A DNA stretch of 63,692 nucleotides, counting the filler, from Collodictyon triciliatum (Eukaryota): assembly GCA_043381765.1 (NCBI GenBank). It is 9 parts of 9 records of this genome, joined end to end, with 100 filler letters (N's around TTAATTAATTAA, not from the genome) between each part and the next. Parts side by side here need not be neighbours in the genome. Positions count along the whole stretch, not along the records: positions 14,998 to 24,614 come from JBHJMP010003919.1; positions 24,715 to 32,106 come from JBHJMP010003920.1; positions 32,207 to 39,597 come from JBHJMP010003921.1; 6 more parts are not named here. One strand, 5' to 3'. Under the pieces are notes generated by a model. That model did no database searches, was not told the DNA's origin, and saw nothing but the letters and a program-made list of their open reading frames with translations. Below are positions 21,001 through 32,491 of this stretch, one piece after another. A program made the position numbers and the translations under genes. The stretch's first letter is position 1. Each line of letters begins with the position of its first letter.

Positions 21001-24000
21001 GCTACGACAATAAACCTTCAGCACACCAGACATGCTTGCTCCAGTCATGATTCCTGTGACCGCAGGAAAGAAAACAGAAAATACAGAAAAGAATGTCTCG
21101 CCGTCCCACGAGGGAGAGAAATTGTCTTCAAGGGTGGATGCGTTGTAGCCGGTGATTCCTTTCTCGTCGTTATTTGTGATAACAGAGCCAACAATAAACG
21201 CACCGACTGTAGATTGGTTTTGAATAAATGTAAGGGATACTATGTGAGGATAAGAAGAAAAAACGAAGGAAGAAAAAGAGATAAAAATAGAAGAGAAAAG
21301 AGAGAAAAGAGAGAAAAGAGAGAAAAGAGAGAAAAGAGAGAAAAGAGAGAAAAGAGAGAAAAGAGAGAAAAGAGAGAAAAGAGAGAAAAGAGAGAAAAGA
21401 GAAAAAAGAATGGATATTTATATAGACAGAGTTTCATTACTGGAAGAGACCAAAGCCATTAGGAATCCGTGTTGAAACTAGAAGGATGGGTATGAGAGGA
21501 TATACAAAGAATATCATTCTCATATAGTTTTTTTTAGAATAAGTTATGTCTTAGATATATTTGACATTCCTTTTTAGTGGATATTACCCTCAAGACAGAT
21601 TCGACACCGACCAAAACGAGCACGTAACACAGAAAACAAGAGAATACACCTATCAGGCGGATATCCCACTCTCCACCAGGGGTTAATTGAGAATTCTGTC
21701 ACCAAAAAATGTTGAAAATAGTCAACAAAAAAAAAAAACGCATTTAATCGAATCAAACGTATCTTTGCAGTGGTTTTTTTTTTTTAAAAAAAAAAGAGAA
21801 ACAAGTAATTTAAGAAATCAAATTTCAAGGAAAAATTATATAAATGGACAGAGAAAACGAACCAGAAAGTTTGTGATAACTTCAGCAAAGCCAACGATGT
21901 TTAATGCGACAGATACGGTCGCTCCGAAGGAAAAGACAACACCGATGGCGCCGCCAAATTCCGGTCCCAGCGACCTCGACATCATGAAATAGACACCTCC
22001 GCCTTTGATATCACCTGATTAACATATCTTTAATTAGAGCTCGTTCCTTGATCCAGTTCGATGTTCGAGTTTAAGTGACGAGAGAAGAAATCACTTCAAT
22101 GACATAATAAATCAAACATGAACAAAGTCTGAAATATTAGAAGTAGATCAAGGGGCATATAAATAAGCATATTCGTTCTTGTTATTTTTCTTTTGTCAAC
22201 TTTGTGTTTCGAAAAAAAAAATTAATTCGATGTATAATTGTGCTCGAATATACCATTGGATGCAATTGCTGACGAGGCAGAGCAATTGATGTGTGTTTAT
22301 AAGTTGGAACAGCAACATAATCACAAAGTCAAAATCAATGAATTGCAAAGTATTCGAATGTGCAAGACAGCATGATATAAGCATGAAATTAAATTTGATA
22401 ATTCTCTATACTCACCTGAGAGTGATATAATCGTAAGTACAGTGACTGTGGTCGATATCGCGATGATAAGTGTCGCATACCATATTCCAGCTCTGGCCAC
22501 AAGCCACCCCAGTCTCAGAAACAAAACAACGCTGAAGATACTCAACATACAAGGTAGCTAGTGGCAGAAGAGATTGAAGAAAACAATACGACACTTCAAT
22601 TTTTGTTGGAAACCTATGCACGGCTCAATTATCTGAACTAATTTCTGATCAAAAACATCTCTTTGCAGTTGAACCATTATCCATACGAAAGAATGACATA
22701 ATAGTTTGTTTGTTTGTTTTTTTGGCAAAGGAAAAAAGAAAATATGAATGTTGATGAATGGCACACAAAGAAATCATTGGTGGTGACATACCATAACCCC
22801 AAACCACATTCCAAACTTTCCCGAATCATGTTCGTCCTCATCACGGGGCTGGTGATCGACGGTGGATGTCATGCTTTCATTCGGGTCTGTGGTAGTGGTA
22901 GACTAAGAAAGTAAATGAAAGATTGGCAATTAGTGCAAAGCTTCTTTCTACATATTCGTATATCATGGGAGGTGGACAGCCATCCAAAATCGTGCAAAGT
23001 GCGCACAGCCAATTCAAATTGATCATTTGAAAAAGAATATCTCCATAAGCTTCGTTACGTGATGATGTGTATCGCTGTGTTCATAGCAAGCCAGTCCGTT
23101 ATGATCGATTGTAAGGAGATTATCAAGTGTTGGTCTGCTAAGCATCAAACTTTCCTTTCTTGCATAGAGCTTCGCGTCTGGTAATCTATCGCCAGGAAAT
23201 ACTGTGGTGAAAGGATCTGAAGAAGAGCCGTCAAAAGTGAGTATGTGGATGTGGATGTAGATGTAGATGTAGATGTAGATGTAGATGTAGATGTAGATGT
23301 AGATGTAGATGTAGATGTAGATGTAGATGTAGATGTAGATGTAGATGTAGATGTAGATGTAGATGTAGATGTAGATGTAGATGTAGATGTAGATGTAGAT
23401 GTAGATGTAGATGTAGATATAGGTATTGATATATGTAGAGTCTGAAGGTGTTGGAGGAATGTGCAGCAGAAGATAGCATCATTCCGACAGGAGAAAGAAG
23501 CGTGCAGAACCTTGGGTGGGATCAACTTCTGGGAGGACATCGACATTTGCATCCTCGGCGAGAAAGTCAAGCTCGACTTCGGGAAGGGCACCGGTCACCG
23601 CAACCGCCTCTGAAGCAAAGTGGTGTGGTTGCGGTCCTGTGAGTCCCGAGTTGAATTCTGGTCCGTGGAGACAGTGAAAGTAAATTGTTAGACGAGGGAA
23701 GAGCTCTATACCTCACTTGTTTGTTTGTTTATTTGTTTGTTTGTTTGTTTGTTTGTTTGTTTGTTTGTTTGTTTGTTTGTTTGTTTGTTTGTTTGTTTGT
23801 TTCTTGTTTGTTTGTTTGTTTGTTTGTTTGTTTGTTTCTTGTTTGTTTGTTTGTTTGTTTGTTTGTTTGTTTGTTTGTTTGTTTGTTTGTTTGTTTGTTT
23901 GTTTGTTTGTTTTTATCGCAGAAAAAATGTTAAACATTCATATGAATACAAAAGAGAAATAAGATAAAATATAAATAGGAGACAATAACAAATGAGATTG

Positions 24001-24066
24001 TGGGCGGCGAACGGACGCACCATATGGCCGGCCAAACTGATCATAGACTATGTCGGCACAATCCAT
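16299..24066 (-). CDS. SLC12-family cation-chloride cotransporter (multi-exon; some coding sequence lost in the N gap 16654-17221)
   Basis: Spliced TM1 region [59 protein letters not shown] at about 21930-22010. [16 protein letters not shown] at about 21020-21075. C-domain [11 protein letters not shown] (about 18105-18140) and [17 protein letters not shown]. Terminal exon 16299-16431 [30 protein letters not shown]. The 5' exons from ATG 24066 ([15 protein letters not shown]) are phase-consistent but less certain. Confidence 0.92.
16558..17292. repeat. (AAC)n, 568-N scaffold gap, then (AC)n
   Basis: (AAC)n 16558-16653, N 16654-17221, (AC)n 17222-17292. The SLC12 gene continues across the gap, which supports this join. 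Confidence 0.95.
17944..18037. repeat. Intronic (AAT)n microsatellite
   Basis: Direct reading. Confidence 0.95.
21292..21400. repeat. Intronic (AGAGAAAAG)n 9-mer tandem repeat
   Basis: Direct reading. Confidence 0.95.
23254..23418. repeat. Intronic (GATGTA)n hexamer repeat
   Basis: Direct reading; explains the DVDV/HLHL/STST ORFs. Confidence 0.95.
23716..23911. repeat. Intronic (TTTG)n microsatellite
   Basis: Direct reading. Confidence 0.95.
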
Positions 24067-24542
24067 CCTTGACCCACCCAGAAGATGCGTCTTTGCGTGC
24101 CGCAGAAGCAGGAAACAGAACCAGAGCCGCAGAAGCAGAAGCAGAAAGAGGGCGTTATAAAGAGAAAATGGTGAGTTTTTTTTTTCCTGTCTTTTATTTC
24201 GCTTTGAATTACTTTATTTGACAGAGTGAGTTGTAAGAAAGGAAAAGGAAAAGGAAGAAGAGAAGAAGAAGAAAAAAAAAGGAAACCAAAAGAAAACAAA
24301 GCGATTAAAATATTTTGCACTTTTGCAAGGATGAGCTCTGCAGTCATTGTTATTATTGGGATCGTAAATTAAAGTGACACAAAATGAAGAAGGCATCAAA
24401 TAAAAAAAAAGTACGCTCAACGAGCTGGAAAACAGCAACACAGGAAGAACTGGGCAAAGAATTTGTTTCAGCAAGCAAATAAAATACCAGCCGGACACAC
24501 AGCCGAATGAAGGCGAGAGTAAAACAACAATGAGCGGTTTTT

Positions 24543-24614
<72 letters not shown>

Positions 24615-24714
24615 NNNNNNNNNNNNNNNNNNNNNNNNNNNNNNNNNNNNNNNNNNNNTTAATTAATTAANNNNNNNNNNNNNNNNNNNNNNNNNNNNNN
24701 NNNNNNNNNNNNNN
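24615..24714. other. Artificial contig-joining spacer
   Basis: 44 N + TTAATTAATTAA + 44 N. Confidence 0.98.
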
Positions 24715-24813
24715 GTTATGTGTGTTATGTGTGTTATGTGTGTTATGTGTGTTATGTGTGTTATGTGTGTTATGTGTGTTATGTGTGTTATGTGTGTTAT
24801 GTGTGTTATGTGT
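24715..24813. repeat. (GTTATGTGT)n 9-mer repeat at contig end
   Basis: Direct reading. Confidence 0.95.
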
Positions 24814-24894
24814 GCGTTGTGTGTAGTAGCAGGAAGATATCATGCTGCTAAATCTTCCCTGTGTTATAGTTTTTCATCTCTAAATCTTCTTTAG

Positions 24895-25915
24895 GGAAAA
24901 GATTGTAATTGGAATTTCCAGAGGAATGGCTCACCTGCATTCTATGCGCCCCCCGATACTGCACCGCGACCTGAATCCCACAAATATTTTAGTACAAGAA
25001 TTATTTCTTGAATTATGTCCGCAGCAAAAAGAATACTTTTTTTTTGGTCTTATCGATTTTAAATTATCAGATCTTCTATTCAAATTATAGCTATAGTTAT
25101 AGTTATAGTTATAATCCCCTTTTCTTGCATTTTTTTTCATACGTTTACTATTAATTTTTGTTATTTAATTTTTGTTATTTAATTTTTGTTATTTAATTTT
25201 TGTTATTTAATTTTTGTTATTTAATTTTTGTTATTTAATTTTTGTTATTTAATTTTTGCTATTTAATTTATGTTATTTGATTTTTGTTATATAATTTTTG
25301 TTATTTAATTGATTGATTGATTGATTGATATATTATGTATATTTTGCATGAAAAAATGCAGTATTATGATTCATTCAAAAAAATTCCCCTAATTTTTTGC
25401 ATATGTCAAATATCTATGTGAAACTACAGCTCTCTTCCGATGGCAACCCAAAGATATGCGACTTCGGATTGTGTAAGACGAAATCTAAAGGTATCACCAT
25501 GAGCAAGGTGGGGAGCATAGGGTATCAAGCTCCTGAGGTTTGCAACTCCTGTGGAATCCTGATTCAGCTCGGGCGTAGACCATTGTGCTTAAATTGTAAT
25601 TTAACTCAATTTATGCAGATTCTACTCGGCCTCGATTACGATGAGAAGGTGGACGTCTACAGCTTTGGTGTTGTCTTGTGGGAAATATGCAGTAGAAAGA
25701 TTGCATATGAGGGTGTCGAACCTCTCGCAATAGCGCATTTTGTTTGTGAAGGAAAGAGGTTAGACCCTCTACCCAGCGATAGCGAACCCATATTAGTTAG
25801 AATGGTGAGGGACTGTTGCGAGCGCGAACCCAGCCGCCGTCCCGATTTTTACCTCCTTAGTGACTTGCGAGAGTACCACACAAGAGTTCGGGTGAGGTCA
25901 GAGACATCTAGCTGA
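24895..25915 (+). CDS. Tyrosine-kinase-like (TKL) protein kinase, C-terminal three exons (5' partial)
   Basis: Exons 24895-24991 (ISRGMAHLHSMRPPILHRDLNPTNIL), 25430-25537 (KICDFGL...GSIGYQAPE) and 25619-25915 (YDEKVDVYSFGVVLWEI...CCEREPSRRPDF...*). Confidence 0.9.
25151..25310. repeat. Intronic (TTAATTTTTGTTAT)n 14-mer minisatellite
   Basis: Direct reading. Confidence 0.9.
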
Positions 25916-26236
25916 ACATAAACAAAAGGCAGTAGAACCAAAATAGCGGCAGGAAGCATCATTTCCCCCTCATCATTTAATTTATTTTTTTCACCATAAC
26001 ATGACAATCTCATCGACTATTCAAACCAAAACAGATCCCGTATGTCCCTTTGTTGATATTTTTAAAGGAATTATATCGTTTTTATTTTATCAACAATTCA
26101 ACACGAACAGAGCAGATGGTAAACAAAAGGGAAGGAAAACTGGAAAGGAAAACTGGAAAGGGAAAATGAAAGGCTCAATTTGGAATAACTTGCCTCAGAA
26201 GAGAAAAGAGGGAAAAGGGATGATGCATCTGGTATC

Positions 26237-27556
26237 TCAAACGCAGACCCTAGGTGTGAAAATCGACTTTATTTGAACTCCTTGGGTGTCCTTCATCGCG
26301 ATTCTGCTGTGTTTGGCTGTCTCTAAGTCAAATAAGAACACCTCCTTCGACGAGGTAAGCCCAATATGCCTTGAATACGCCAGGGGCCTTGTAGGCTGCA
26401 TCTGTTCTGGTTTGGGCATTGAAAGGCGCCGAATTTGTTTGGTTTCTGGATGAATCATGCGTGGCTGTAGAGAATCGTCTGACATTGCAATCAAACAGTC
26501 TTCAGAGGAATAAAGCAGCGTGTGTAAAATCCTTTCCGTACTTGATGATAAAGGCTGCAAACAGCCAAATACTTTGGTAATATGCGGAAGGAGAACACGA
26601 ATGCGTCTGGCAGGTTTTTTTGGGTCACATACATCCCAAAGATTGATTGTTGAATGTAGCTCATTGCCTTGGCGGCTCGCACTGAGGAGGTAATCTTTGT
26701 GGGAGTTTGGTAGGGAAATGTGCTCGATACTGTACACTTGCGGTTGGTCTGGAAAGGACTCGGCTACTTGCATTGACTCCAAGTCGACCAAGTGCAGAGA
26801 TGGGGTATAGAATGGACGCTTGTTTGTGCTTCCTCCGACAGCAAGATGTATTCCGTTCATAGCTGAAGGCAAGCGCAACGGACAAAATGCAGAAACAGAG
26901 TCCAGGTCCACTCGCACGCACCAGAAATCGTCTTTGGATGGCCTCTCTCCTCTCTCCGTAGGTATTTTCCAAATGGAAACATAGTTCATCTTTCCTCCAG
27001 CCGCAAAGATAGTGTTGTCTATCACCTCGGGCGCTGTTGCATCCTGCGATGACGTTGATAGAGCTTCATAACTAGATGCATGGTTGGCATTCTGTGAAGT
27101 ATTATGCCCTTTTGGTGAATCATCAGAATCATCAGAATCATCAGAATCATCATGGTTTGTCCATGTATGGTTTCCTGCAGAATGTTGATAACAACCCGGA
27201 GAAAAAGAACAAGTGACATCGAATTTGGAGTCAGAGTATGGCGTTTGTAATGGCGACAGCGATATGATGCTGCTGGGTTTTTTTGCTGTACTAGCCCATC
27301 CAAATACGCACGATGAGTCATTCGTAGAAACACCGTGAACAGCAATATGACTGCTGCCTATTGAATAGCCATCCAACCGCACCGACTCAAGCGGCTGTTT
27401 GAGGTTCTCTGAACCAACTAGGATGTATTTTTGGATGACACTGGATTCGCCAGCTTCTGGTATCTGACAACGCTGGAAGATGTGAGTTTTTCCCTTGGTG
27501 CCGTGGAATGAAAACTCGTCAGGTGGCTCTGCTGTTGGGGGATTTCGCTCTTCCAT
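26237..27556 (-). CDS. Hypothetical intronless protein, probable divergent WD40-like beta-propeller
   Basis: Long ORF with likely start MEERNPPTAEPP at 27556. Propeller-like strands IFAAGGKMNYVSIWKI, HLAVGGS...SLHLVDL, YLLSAS...TINLWDV, EVFLFDL. Confidence 0.65.
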   Translation of the reverse strand: MEERNPPTAEPPDEFSFHGTKGKTHIFQRCQIPEAGESSVIQKYILVGSENLKQPLESVRLDGYSIGSSHIAVHGVSTNDSSCVFGWASTAKKPSSIISLSPLQTPYSDSKFDVTCSFSPGCYQHSAGNHTWTNHDDSDDSDDSDDSPKGHNTSQNANHASSYEALSTSSQDATAPEVIDNTIFAAGGKMNYVSIWKIPTERGERPSKDDFWCVRVDLDSVSAFCPLRLPSAMNGIHLAVGGSTNKRPFYTPSLHLVDLESMQVAESFPDQPQVYSIEHISLPNSHKDYLLSASRQGNELHSTINLWDVCDPKKPARRIRVLLPHITKVFGCLQPLSSSTERILHTLLYSSEDCLIAMSDDSLQPRMIHPETKQIRRLSMPKPEQMQPTRPLAYSRHIGLTSSKEVFLFDLETAKHSRIAMKDTQGVQIKSIFTPRVCV

Positions 27557-27914
27557 TTGCTTGCTGTGGAGGTCGGATCGGCTGTGTACTCTTTGTCGGC
27601 CTGCTTTTCTCTTCTCTCTTTGCCCTTTGGCTACAAGCGCGGATTTCAGATGGATTATATATAAAAGATAGAAAGAAACCTTTCTGTTGCTTGCTTTTCT
27701 CGTAGTGCCCGATCGTGTCCTTTGAGCTGTGTGACAATTTAGTTTTTCGTAAAACAACAATAGAAAAAAAAAAGTTTTAGTCTGCGTTTCAAAGTTTGAA
27801 TTTTCAAACACTCTTGATTCTGTGTGCATTTTGCCACCCAAAGCCAAACAAGATGTTCTCAATCTTCCCTACCCGCGACGAGCTTTTTTCTTCCCTTGTC
27901 ATATCTATTTTTCT

Positions 27915-28062
27915 TTCTTTCTCTATCTTTCTCTATCTTTCTCTATCTTTCTCTANNNNNNNNNNNNTTTCTCTATCTTTCTCTATCTTTCTCTATCTTT
28001 CTCTATCTTTCTCTATCTTTCTCCATCTTTCTCCATCTTTCTCCATCTTTCTCTATCTTTCT
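27915..28062. repeat. (CTATCTTTCT)n 10-mer repeat containing a 12-N gap
   Basis: Direct reading; N at 27956-27967. Confidence 0.9.
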
Positions 28063-28215
28063 TTCTCTTTCTCTCTTTCTGTCGGTGTCCCAATATTGGT
28101 AAGCGAAAGAAAAGAAACAAAACAAAGCTTGAAAGACCTACAGTAGTCGCTCAGCACCCTATCTGCCCCTTACGAATACATTTATGCTAAAACAAAAATA
28201 CGGATTTTGGGTTAG

Positions 28216-28636
28216 GATTTGGTAAAACTGAAAGAGGCCGAGATGTACGCCCAAGACGCCCTAAAAACCTTGGCAGTGACTCACGAACCCGGCCACTTTG
28301 ATACAAATAATGCGTATGCATTGTGGACGCGAATCACACGCCAAATATCCACTATGACGAGCTGCTGCGTCTTGTGTCGCATGCGATTCACATTCTTCTA
28401 CCGGAGGCACAGATGCCGGTCGTGTGGCAATATCGTTTGCTCAAGGTATGCCTCCCTCAGTCCCAACTAAATAGCCACCAGCACGATGAAAGCAGCCGTC
28501 TTTGTGCATTTTGGTTGTCTCCTCATCTCGTTTTCTGTGCAGTTGCTCCCCGAAACGAGGGTTTCGTCCTGTCCCTGAAATGGGTCGTCACGCGAATGTC
28601 CGTGTTTGCTTCAACTGCTTCAGGGACTCGGATTGA
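28216..28636 (+). CDS. C-terminal two exons of a TPR-like + FYVE zinc-finger protein (5' missing)
   Basis: Exons 28216-28445 and 28543-28636 splice to EAEMYAQDALKTLAVTHEPGHFDTNNAY...CVLCRMRFTFFYRRHRCRSCGNIVCSSCSPKR...NVRVCFNCFRDSD*. All eight FYVE cysteines and the RVC motif are present. Confidence 0.85.
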
Positions 28637-29214
28637 CTGGGCGATTCATTCGCGTCGAAAACTTTGGTTCGTAAAGAATGGCTGATTGGTATCTTTGCTT
28701 CCTTTTTATCTTTTCTTTCCTTTATAGCCCTTTCTTGAAAGGACTTCTAGCATCAACTAAACTTTAAACGTCAGAGTGTCAATCTATGAAAGAAGGCTGA
28801 AACAGAATGCTTGCGGCATATAGAGGATGCGTGTATTTGAGTTTCTTTCCCCCTTGTATCTGCATCTTTTTCTTTCTTTCCTTCTTTTTTTCAATCATGC
28901 AGTGCACATTTTCTTCATTCTTTCCCTTACATGATACTACTGAATTTGTTTAATGCCACTGTGCTGGAATATTCCATTATTGTGTTGTTTTCGTTTCAGG
29001 TCTATGGTTTATCAATTATTTTGTTCAANNNNNNNNNNNNNNNNNNNNNNNNNNNNNNNNNNNNNNNNNNNNNNNNNNNNNNNNNNNNNNNNNNNNNNNN
29101 NNNNNNNNNNNNNNNNNNNNNNNNNNNNNNNNNNNNNNNNNNNNNNNNNNNNNNNNNNNNNNNNNNNNNNNNNNNNNNNNNNNNNNNNNNNNNNNNNNNN
29201 NNNNNNNNNNNNNN

Positions 29215-29250
<36 letters not shown>

Positions 29251-29609
29251 AAAAGAAAAGGAGAAAGGAAGAATCACGTTAGTGATAGATAGGGAAGAGA
29301 AAAGTGTTTTTACTTGCAGAATATTCTACCCTAAGTAATTCAACCACAACGCCGTTTCTGATTGTATTCGAGACGAGCAGAAGAGCAGACCAAGTTCTCA
29401 GGTCGATGGGAGTACGCACATGGCTGTCACTTCGAAAATCGATTGGGAGGATTCCTTTCGCACGCTTGTGCCAGACATGCTGCCAACCCCTTTTTCATTC
29501 ATTCGGGGTTGGAAATGCGCTGCTCTTGCGATGTGCGGGCTTGTCCGGTGTTGGCGATGAAGGGCTCGAGTGCGAGGATTCTGAAGAGGAACCGAGACTT
29601 CCTTCCATG

Positions 29610-30371
29610 TCATCGTCGCTGTATGCTGTATGCGCGTATCTGCTGTGAGTCTTGTGGACTCTGTTGTTGCCTGGCCTTGGCTTCCTTGACCCGTTGCTGG
29701 TTATCTGCTTGGTAGGTGTATTCTTTTGTGGGGCTTTTACTTGTCGTTCGTTGTTCGCGGCTGGCGGACGCTCTTTGAGGATGCGCTTTGCATAACTTCT
29801 TACCCATGACCGTAAACTTTGCAGGGAGCTGGTTCTTGTGACAAAGAAGCTTCACCACGGCTGTGTCTGTGAAGAAGCCTTTGTTCCTTTTTGATCCCCA
29901 CGTGGGTCGGTCTGAACGGCTTCAGCTCCTCACGAAGGAGTTGCGGCCACACATCCAGCGGTGGTTAATAGAGCATCACCGAGGTCTCTGTTGGTTTACT
30001 TCTGCTGAAGCTGATTGTAATATCGATCAAACTTACCTGCTTCAGTTCCAGAAGCTTTCGGGCGTTTTCTGCAGTGCGGAAGGCAATCAGATAAAGACAT
30101 TCGCTGTCCGGTAATCGCAATTGGATGGACTCTTCCCAAAGTTTGTTCGCTTTCAAGAAGGAGGCGAGCGCATCTGTGAGCCTGCGGGCCTTGTTCTTGT
30201 TATAAACGACTTGCTCGACCCCGTGCAAAAATACTGTCCGATCAGACAGACTTGCAGGCGGCTTCCTTGCACGGTCTTCCTGGACTTATGTGCCACTCGG
30301 GATTTTTTCGCAGCAGCGTTGGAGCCGGAAGAACTGGCTGCAACTTGCAAAGCCTTCGACATGTTGCGCAT
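29610..30371 (-). pseudogene. Decayed ORF resembling non-LTR retrotransposon (L1/Tx1-type) ORF1
   Basis: GC-rich intronless segment broken by frameshifts and an in-frame TAA (29965-29967). It reads YLIAFRTAENARKLLELKQVSLIDITISFSRSKPTETSVMLY*PPLDVWPQLLREELKPF... then, after a frameshift, GFFTDTAVVKLLCHKNQLPAKFTVMGKKLC. This matches the pattern of ORF1 RRM-like domains by eye only. Confidence 0.45.
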
Positions 30372-30931
30372 CGTGCTTCTTAATTAGAGCAGGCCTGTGT
30401 TTAACATTAGTCGAAGCAGGTGTCAAGGCCAACAGACGCGTTTTGTATGCCTAACATTCATTGCCAAGCCTTTCATTCCATCTCACACTGAGGTGTTGAC
30501 AAAGAATGTTTCACTGATTAATTAAATAGCAAATCAGGATGCTTGAATAGCTAAGACCACTTGTCTAATTAATTTATGTGAATAGTATTATATCTTCCAT
30601 GTTGAGAAATGTGTAAGTTTTGACAATATGCCAGATTATTCCACATTAGGAAAATCCAAACAAAATTCAATACAATATTCCCAAGATATCAAAATCTTAA
30701 GAAGTTTTAGATGAAAATAAGTTGTTGGGTCAAAACATTGACAGTTCTTGAGGGATGCTAACAAAATTACAAAAAAAAGCTTGCTAATTGTGCCAAATTG
30801 AAATACAATACAAGCCAGATTGAAATGATGAAGAGGTCTTCTAAGGAAACATTACTAACGACTAGCTCCCAGGATCCAATAGATGGCCGCTCTGCTTTCC
30901 CTTCCTTTTCCTTATCTTTTTCTTCTTCTTC

Positions 30932-31290
30932 CTTTCATTTTTCTTTCATTTTCCTTTCATTTTCCTTTCATTTTCCTTTCATTTTTCTTTCATTTTTCTT
31001 TCATTTTTCTTTCATTTTTCTTTCATTTTTCTTTCATTTTTCTTTCATTTTCCTTTCATTTTCCTTTCATTTTTCATTTCTTTTTCATTTCTTTTTCATT
31101 TCTTTTTCATTTCTTTTTCTTTTTTCTCTTTCCTTTCATTTTCCTTTCATTTTCCTATCATTTTCCTTTCATTTTTCTTTCATTTTCCTTTCATTTTTCG
31201 TTTTCGTTTTCTTTTTTCTCTCTCCTTTCATTTTCCTTTCATTTTCCTTTCATTTTCCTTTCATTTTCCTTTCATTTTCCTTTCATTTTT
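30932..31290. repeat. Degenerate (TTTCATTTTCC)n 11-mer repeat
   Basis: Direct reading. Confidence 0.9.
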
Positions 31291-32106
31291 CGTTTTCTTT
31301 TTTCTCTCTCCTTATGTCACTTCTATTAAATTGAAAATGGAAGAAAGAAAACCCATCAATGAAGAAGGAGGTTATGATCTGAAGCCAACACAACATCACA
31401 ACATCACACTATGATATAATTCAAAGCCTGGGTAGGAAAAAGTCAGAACCTTCAACTTGCTTCACCAGTATTGCTGGGCAGACGTATAAAAACATTTTGT
31501 TGTGCGTAAGACTTCTCGATCATCTTTCACATATATGGTACTCCTTGTCTAACGATTATTTATTCGTCACAATAATACCTCAACAAATAATTTCTTATTG
31601 AAATAATTGACGGAGCAGATTTCCATATAACATTATGATATTGCTTGCCCCTCTTTTCCCAAAGATTGGTCGTTCTTAAGATAAAGCCAGGAGAAAAGAT
31701 GCAACAGGATATCAAAGGGTTTTTTTTTTATTTCTTCGCTATTTTGGACGGCATAATGATTATTGAATATTTCTTTTCAAATTATTGGAATCAAATTTGC
31801 TTGTATGATAATCTTTTTATGCGAGGCGAACTTGAGTTTTGAGGGTAACAATTACAGGCTACACCATGCTTTTCTGTTCGATCACATGGCACACTAGCTC
31901 GACAGCGGCTATAATCCAAATTTGGTATGTAAAACCAGCCGGGGTTGTCGCTCGTTTGAAGGATTGCATCATAACTCTGGCCATGCTGATGTTTAGAAGG
32001 TTTAGCAACATACATACATACATACATACATACATACATACATACATACATACATACATACATACATACATACATACATACATACATACATACATACATA
32101 CATACA

Positions 32107-32206
32107 NNNNNNNNNNNNNNNNNNNNNNNNNNNNNNNNNNNNNNNNNNNNTTAATTAATTAANNNNNNNNNNNNNNNNNNNNNNNNNNNNNNNNNNNNNN
32201 NNNNNN
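32107..32206. other. Artificial contig-joining spacer
   Basis: 44 N + TTAATTAATTAA + 44 N, preceded by (CATA)n at 32008-32106. Confidence 0.98.
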
Positions 32207-32491
32207 TTTCTTTTTTTCTTTTTTCTTTTTTCTTTTTTCTTTTTTCTTTTTTCTTTTTTCTTTTTTCTTTTTTCTTTTTTTTTGATATCCTATTACTCAG
32301 TTCTTTCTATACACTGTCCGATGCGATTGCATTATGAGGATTACTTAATCATTCATTATTTCCTCATCTTAGTGCCGACAGAGTCAAAGATGAAACCAAA
32401 GTCTCAGGCAAGCGTTGGATACGTTTTTCGTTTTTTGCATAGATGCAGAGTACATGCCACGGCTTTCACTAAATGGCAACATCCTCTTTAG

